DNA of 21,610 nucleotides from Bacillota bacterium. Its GTDB lineage: Bacteria; Bacillota; Clostridia; Lachnospirales; CAG-274. Made by a program: the position numbers and the translations under genes. The notes under the pieces are model-generated. The model worked only from the letters and a program-made list of their open reading frames with translations. It had not been told where the DNA came from and made no database searches. The stretch lies in contig JAFYGI010000020.1 in assembly GCA_017543265.1 (NCBI GenBank), positions 1 through 21,610 on the forward strand, in the 5' to 3' direction. Of this stretch, positions 17,542-21,610 are shown piece by piece (the stretch's first letter is position 1; every line of letters starts with the position of its first letter).

Positions 17542-17849
17542 CATTGCTTATAACCGTATTTGCCGCTGTGGTCTCCACCGCAGTATGGTATACAAGACCC
17601 GACAGCAAAATGAAGACGGGTATGCTTGCCCTTATGTACTGGGGCGCGGCACTTATGTGGCTTGTAGACGCAGTTGTGGAATATTTCGAGGCAGGAGCGG
17701 AGTTTTTTGCACCTGCGGCAGCGGACATGGTAAACGATGCCTTTCTCGGTGCATCCGCAGTGGCGCTCGGCCTTGTGATATGGCTTATCGCCGTACTTGT
17801 AAAGGACCCCAACGGCAAGATAAAGGCCGCCTTGACAGGCAAAAGCTAA
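17538..17849 (+). CDS. Small hypothetical membrane protein (103 aa), possible paralog of the upstream gene
   Basis: ATGA overlap with the preceding gene. Similar layout (MxWGxxAL...E...F...D...VA..LV.W..AV.V). Confidence 0.45.
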   Translation: MTLLITVFAAVVSTAVWYTRPDSKMKTGMLALMYWGAALMWLVDAVVEYFEAGAEFFAPAAADMVNDAFLGASAVALGLVIWLIAVLVKDPNGKIKAALTGKS

Positions 17850-17857
17850 ACCGACAC

Positions 17858-17886
17858 AAGCGGCTTTTACAGCCGCTTATTTTTTT
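17858..17886 (+). terminator. Intrinsic terminator: AAGCGGCT-TTTAC-AGCCGCTT plus ATTTTTTT
   Basis: Perfect 8-bp stem and a 7-T run; sits between the small membrane genes and larC. Confidence 0.6.
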
Positions 17887-17897
17887 CAGGAGAACTT

Positions 17898-19094
17898 ATG
17901 AAAACACTTTATATAGAATGTAATGCGGGTGCGGCGGGTGATATGCTGATGTCGGCGCTGTCCGAGATACACCCCGACCCCGACGGCTTTGCGGCGCGTT
18001 TTAATGCCGCGGGCATCCCCGATGTAAGGCTTGAGCGCGGCAAAGGCACGCAAAACGGCATTGTCGGCACACAAATACATATTCTGGTAAACGGCAGGCG
18101 GGAGAACGGGGATATGCACGAACACCACGGGCATTCCCATACGCACGGCGGGCACCACACCCATACCTCACTTTCGGACATACAGGCGCTTATCGCGGGG
18201 CTTGATGTAAACAAAAATGTCAAGAAAAATGCAGCCGCCGTCTATGACCTGCTTGCACAGGCAGAGGCACACGTCCACGGCTGTGAGATAAGCGACATAC
18301 ACTTTCACGAGGTAGGCACGATGGATGCCGTGGCGGATATAGTGGGCGTTTGTATGCTTATTGACGAGCTGGGCGCGGAAAATATAATCGCCTCTCCCGT
18401 AAATGTGGGCAGCGGCTTTGTCAAATGCGCACACGGCATACTGCCCGTACCCGCCCCTGCGGCGGCTCATCTACTGTGCGGCATACCAATATACAGCGCA
18501 GGCGGCGAGGGTGAGCGCTGTACCCCGACAGGTGCCGCACTTTTAAAGCACTTTGTCAAAAAGTTTATGCCCATGCCCGTTATGACGGTGGAAAAATACG
18601 GCTGCGGTGCAGGCACAAAGCAATTTGAAACGGCAAATATACTGCGTGTTTTTTTTGGTGAAGCAAAAGACAGCACCGACGAGATATTCGAGCTTTGCTG
18701 CAACATTGACGACATGACGGGCGAGGAAATGGCCTACGCCTGTGAAATGCTGTTCAAGGCAGGTGCAAGGGATGTTTTCACCGTCCCCGTATATATGAAA
18801 AAAGGCCGTCCCGCCGTAATGCTTTGCTGTATCTGCACACAAGACGAAAAGGATGTGCTTGCAAAGGAGATATTTCGACAAACAACGACCATAGGCATCC
18901 GTGTACACAAATGCGGACGTTATGTACTGAAGCGCAGCGAGGAAAGCGTTTCCACGCCCTGCGGCGATATCCGTGTAAAGACCTCCGAGGGCTATGGGGT
19001 CACACGCCGCAAGCCCGAGTTTGAGGACATAAAAAAAGCCGCCGAAGCAAGCGGATTGTCCCTTTACGAGATAAAAAGGGGGCTTGACCTATGA
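17898..19094 (+). CDS. larC: LarC-family (DUF111) nickel-pincer-cofactor nickel insertion protein
   Basis: N-terminus MKTLYIECNAGAAGDM is the DUF111/LarC signature. A His-rich stretch HEHHGHSHTHGGHHTH (Ni-binding) and a C-terminal LarC2-like domain. RBS CAGGAGAA. Confidence 0.8.
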   Translation: MKTLYIECNAGAAGDMLMSALSEIHPDPDGFAARFNAAGIPDVRLERGKGTQNGIVGTQIHILVNGRRENGDMHEHHGHSHTHGGHHTHTSLSDIQALIAGLDVNKNVKKNAAAVYDLLAQAEAHVHGCEISDIHFHEVGTMDAVADIVGVCMLIDELGAENIIASPVNVGSGFVKCAHGILPVPAPAAAHLLCGIPIYSAGGEGERCTPTGAALLKHFVKKFMPMPVMTVEKYGCGAGTKQFETANILRVFFGEAKDSTDEIFELCCNIDDMTGEEMAYACEMLFKAGARDVFTVPVYMKKGRPAVMLCCICTQDEKDVLAKEIFRQTTTIGIRVHKCGRYVLKRSEESVSTPCGDIRVKTSEGYGVTRRKPEFEDIKKAAEASGLSLYEIKRGLDL

Positions 19095-19972
19095 GCGCAC
19101 GGACGCAGAACAGGCAAAAGGCCATTATATACATTATAAGCGCAGCCTTTTTCTTTGCCGTGATGAACTGCTTTGTAAGGCTTTCGGGCGAGCTTCCGAC
19201 CCCGCAGAAAAGCTTTTTCAGAAACTTTATTGCCTTTATTATCGCTGTGTTTGTGCTGATAAAAAGCGGTGAAACACAGCGGCCGAAAAAGGCCGATATC
19301 CCCTACTTGTTTGTACGCTCCGCGGCGGGCACGATAGGCATACTGGGCAATTTTTATGCCGTGGATCATATGTCGTCTCTGTCGGATGCGTCGATGCTGA
19401 ACAAAATGGCACCGTTTTTTACGATAATTTTTTCGTATCTGATACTGCGCGAAAAGCCCAGACTTTTTCAGGGCTTATGCGTTGTTGCAGCCTTTGTCGG
19501 CAGTTTGTTTATAATCAAGCCGTCGCTTGATTTCAGCCGTTCCCTGCCCGCGCTTATCGGGCTTTGCGGCGGATTGGGCGCGGGGCTTGCCTACACCTTT
19601 GTACGCATACTTTCGGGGCGCGGTGTGGCAGGCTGCTGGATAGTGCTGATATTTTCGGGCTTTTCGTGTGCCGTCACCCTGCCCGTCCTTATTGCCGACT
19701 ATACGCCCATGTCATCAAAGCAGATAATGATGCTGCTGGGTGCGGGCATAGCCGCAGCGGGCGGACAGTTTTCCGTAACGGCGGCCTACTCCAACGCACC
19801 TGCCAAGGAAATATCCATATTCGACTATTTTCAGATAATATTTGCGGCACTGCTGGGATTTTTCTTCTTCGGACAAATACCCGATGGCTACAGCCTTATA
19901 GGCTATGTTATAGTCATAGGCGCTTCCGCCGTAATGTACATAGGCAATAAAAAAGAGAGGCCGCAGCACTAA
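19091..19972 (+). CDS. EamA/DMT-superfamily transporter (10 TM)
   Basis: Two-fold hydrophobic repeat typical of EamA. ATGA overlap with larC. Confidence 0.7.
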   Translation: MSARTQNRQKAIIYIISAAFFFAVMNCFVRLSGELPTPQKSFFRNFIAFIIAVFVLIKSGETQRPKKADIPYLFVRSAAGTIGILGNFYAVDHMSSLSDASMLNKMAPFFTIIFSYLILREKPRLFQGLCVVAAFVGSLFIIKPSLDFSRSLPALIGLCGGLGAGLAYTFVRILSGRGVAGCWIVLIFSGFSCAVTLPVLIADYTPMSSKQIMMLLGAGIAAAGGQFSVTAAYSNAPAKEISIFDYFQIIFAALLGFFFFGQIPDGYSLIGYVIVIGASAVMYIGNKKERPQH

Positions 19973-19985
19973 GCTCCGGCCTCTC
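19955..19985 (+). terminator. Weak intrinsic terminator: GAGAGGCCG-(13 nt)-CGGCCTCTC, then a T-rich tail
   Basis: 9-bp stem overlapping the stop codon. The U-tract is delayed and imperfect. Confidence 0.35.
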
Positions 19986-20031
19986 GGACTGTCTTTTGAC
20001 ATTTTTTCTCATATATCGGTATCTGATCCGG

Positions 20032-20049
20032 GTTATCAAATTTGATAAC
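20032..20049. promoter_or_regulatory. Perfect 18-bp palindrome GTTATCAAATTTGATAAC (candidate operator or recombinase-binding site)
   Basis: 9-bp arms, exact reverse complement, in an intergenic AT-rich tract. Confidence 0.3.
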
Positions 20050-20152
20050 TTGACAGTATAAACTTCGCCGTGATGATCAGCCCTTCATAGCAAATGCGAA
20101 GTTTTTTATGAAAGTCAGTTTTTTACAGGAGTTTTTTAGGTACTTATTTATT

Positions 20153-20237
20153 TTTACGCAAATTTTACACAATTTTAATTTTTCGCACTAAATGGAGAAT
20201 TAAAAAATCTTTACGCAAATTAATCTTTTACGCAAAT
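20153..20237. repeat. Three exact direct copies of TTTACGCAAAT (20153, 20210, 20227), plus degenerate copies (20164, 20181). Possible arm-type recombinase binding sites or iterons.
   Basis: String matches. Copies 2 and 3 are spaced 17 bp start to start. They lie next to the integrase remnant. Confidence 0.5.
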
Positions 20238-20254
20238 CGTAAATTTGCTTATAT

Positions 20255-20380
20255 TTAATTAAGAAAGTTGCCTACTTTTGCAACTTCTTTTTGTTTCGTA
20301 TTCTGTAAAATATGTGTATAAGATACCGTTGTTGAATAATTGGCGTGACCCATTACGAGGGACAGGGGACGGTTCTTTGT
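20255..20380 (-). pseudogene. C-terminal remnant (about 40 aa) of a tyrosine recombinase/integrase, truncated at degenerate repeat copy C
   Basis: ...LVMGHANYSTTVSYTHILQNT... matches the XerC/D-type C-terminal box LGHxxxxTTxxYTH with the catalytic Tyr. Nothing upstream in any frame continues the fold. Followed by a hairpin AAGTTGC-N8-GCAACTT (20265-20286). Confidence 0.5.
20362..20380. repeat. Degenerate copy C of the 28-bp repeat core (ACAGGGGACGGTTCTTTGT, 1 mismatch to the copy-B core); the arms are eroded
   Basis: String comparison. One minus-strand frame reads RRQRTVPCPS*, which echoes LIQRTVPCMS. Confidence 0.6.
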
Positions 20381-20452
20381 CTCCGCCGGTAATTTTATAT
20401 TTTTCATAAACACATCTCTTTCAGCTCTTGAGTAAAACATTTATTTACAAAG

Positions 20453-20506
20453 TCATACAGGGGACAGTTTTGTGTATGAGTCACAGCAAAGCCTCCCCTG
20501 TATGAC
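20453..20506. repeat. Head-to-head degenerate copies D (20453-20480, TCATACAGGGGACAGTTTTGTGTATGAG) and E (20481-20506) of the 28-bp repeat. Together they form a 13-bp-arm palindrome GTCATACAGGGGA...TCCCCTGTATGAC.
   Basis: D differs from B at 3 core positions. The rc of E is GTCATACAGGGGAGGCTTTGCTGTGA (A-orientation). The outer 13-mers are exact reverse complements. Confidence 0.65.
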
Positions 20507-20511
20507 ATCCC

Positions 20512-21432
20512 TTAAAATTTCAGGTTCGTTTTTAACGCAGGTGTAATGTCAAAATCCTTATTCAAAAATCCTCTTGCTCTTGCGCCCATCACAAAGCCCA
20601 TTACATCATTTTGGGGCATATTCGGGATAATTGCAGGGAAAAGCGCAAATTTAGCCTGTCCGTAAATATCCGCAAGAATTTTTGCTTCTTTTATATCGGC
20701 TGCGTCAAAGTATTCCGACAGTATATTCCCCCAGATCTCAAGTGAGGTTTTGTATTCAAGCCCAATAAAATGGGGCGAACGTTCGGGAGTAGCCCGTCCG
20801 AACACCTCCATTACAAGGCAGGTCGCGCCGAGGTCAAGAAGCGGATGTCCGTAACCCATATCGGCAAGGTCGATAAAAAGAAGCTCGTCATTTTTTTCCG
20901 AATACATAACATTTTTAGGGTGAAAATCACCATGCATTACGGTATTTCGCTCATCAAGACAGTCATAAACCGCCATAAGCTTATCGGTCTCTTCTTTTGT
21001 AAGAAACTTCTCCATACGGCGCACACGCTCTTTGAACAAGGCGCGTACATCAACAAACTTATTTGTATCAACTTCTATCTTGTGTAGTTCCTTTAGCAAG
21101 CGCCCCATTCTTTTGCCCATTTCGGCTGCACGATCGGGATTTTCCCTTATAAATGCGGAAAGCGTTTTCGCACGCAGCATCTCATAGACCGCGCCGTAGC
21201 TTTCGCCCACCTTTACAACATCAAAAGATATGGCGGTAGGAACGCCCGCAACAAACGCATTTTTTGCAATACGCTTTTCCTCCTGTACAACTTCAAGCGG
21301 CACCCCGGGCGCAAAAACCTTGATTATCGTCTCATCATCAAGCCGATACACTTTTCCGACAGCACCCTCGCCTATAACTTCACAGCCTGCCACCGAAAGC
21401 TCACGCATTTTCTTTTCCTGTTCTTTTTCCAT
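20512..21432 (-). CDS. Aminoglycoside-phosphotransferase/choline-kinase-fold (APH family, PF01636-like) small-molecule kinase
   Basis: Gly-rich loop VIGEGAVGKVY, catalytic Brenner motif HGDFHPKNV, and IDLADMG (DFG-equivalent). RBS AGGAGGTATCG. Confidence 0.7.
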   Translation of the reverse strand: MEKEQEKKMRELSVAGCEVIGEGAVGKVYRLDDETIIKVFAPGVPLEVVQEEKRIAKNAFVAGVPTAISFDVVKVGESYGAVYEMLRAKTLSAFIRENPDRAAEMGKRMGRLLKELHKIEVDTNKFVDVRALFKERVRRMEKFLTKEETDKLMAVYDCLDERNTVMHGDFHPKNVMYSEKNDELLFIDLADMGYGHPLLDLGATCLVMEVFGRATPERSPHFIGLEYKTSLEIWGNILSEYFDAADIKEAKILADIYGQAKFALFPAIIPNMPQNDVMGFVMGARARGFLNKDFDITPALKTNLKF

Positions 21433-21610
21433 ATACGATACCTCCTGTCAATCTTTCCAAAACCGTATTGTCAATGATATTCGTATTCCGCAGAAATAAA
21501 TTTCTGCTACACAAGCCGAAACGCGCGACAAGCGCGTACAGGCTCATCCTCTGTAGGCTATACACGCCTTTGGCGTGTTACGCCATAACTCATAACCAAC
21601 GGAATTGCAA

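Noticed and set aside
20153-20237. TTTACGCAAAT direct repeats as a CRISPR array
   Set aside because: The repeats are only 11 bp, the spacing is irregular (57 and 17 bp), and there are only three copies. This is not CRISPR-like. Arm-type binding sites or iterons are more plausible.
20255-20440. 61-aa ORF from the track as a genuine small gene
   Set aside because: Only its last about 40 aa resemble anything (an integrase C-terminal box). The upstream part runs through degenerate repeat copy C. Treated as a pseudogene remnant.
21530-21610. Possible tRNA at the window's right edge
   Set aside because: No T-loop (GTTCGAATC-like) or acceptor-stem pairing could be assembled. The hairpins look like simple inverted repeats.

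Overview
This is a Firmicutes-type (Clostridia-like) chromosomal segment of roughly 50-55% GC, with two AT-rich accessory patches at 1.1-4.8 kb and 19.99-20.51 kb.

Core genes: the 3' part of a MATE efflux pump; a three-gene zinc-ribbon / SPFH / membrane-protein operon that resembles ydjGHI; a TPR-like membrane protein; a secreted protein with a copper-amine-oxidase-N-like domain; a trimeric NuoEF-type [FeFe]-hydrogenase operon (hydCBA); ftsH; two small overlapping membrane proteins; larC; an EamA transporter; and an APH-family kinase.

Accessory content: a low-GC, N-terminally truncated RHS/YD-repeat polymorphic-toxin module with a putative immunity gene. It is bracketed by a perfect 28-bp inverted repeat that lies in-frame in two ORFs. 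Degenerate copies of the same 28-mer recur 16 kb away beside a tyrosine-recombinase C-terminal remnant and a set of short direct repeats. I read this as a candidate, possibly fossil, site-specific recombination system that diversifies an RHS toxin. Everything rests on reading motifs by eye; no database searches were possible.
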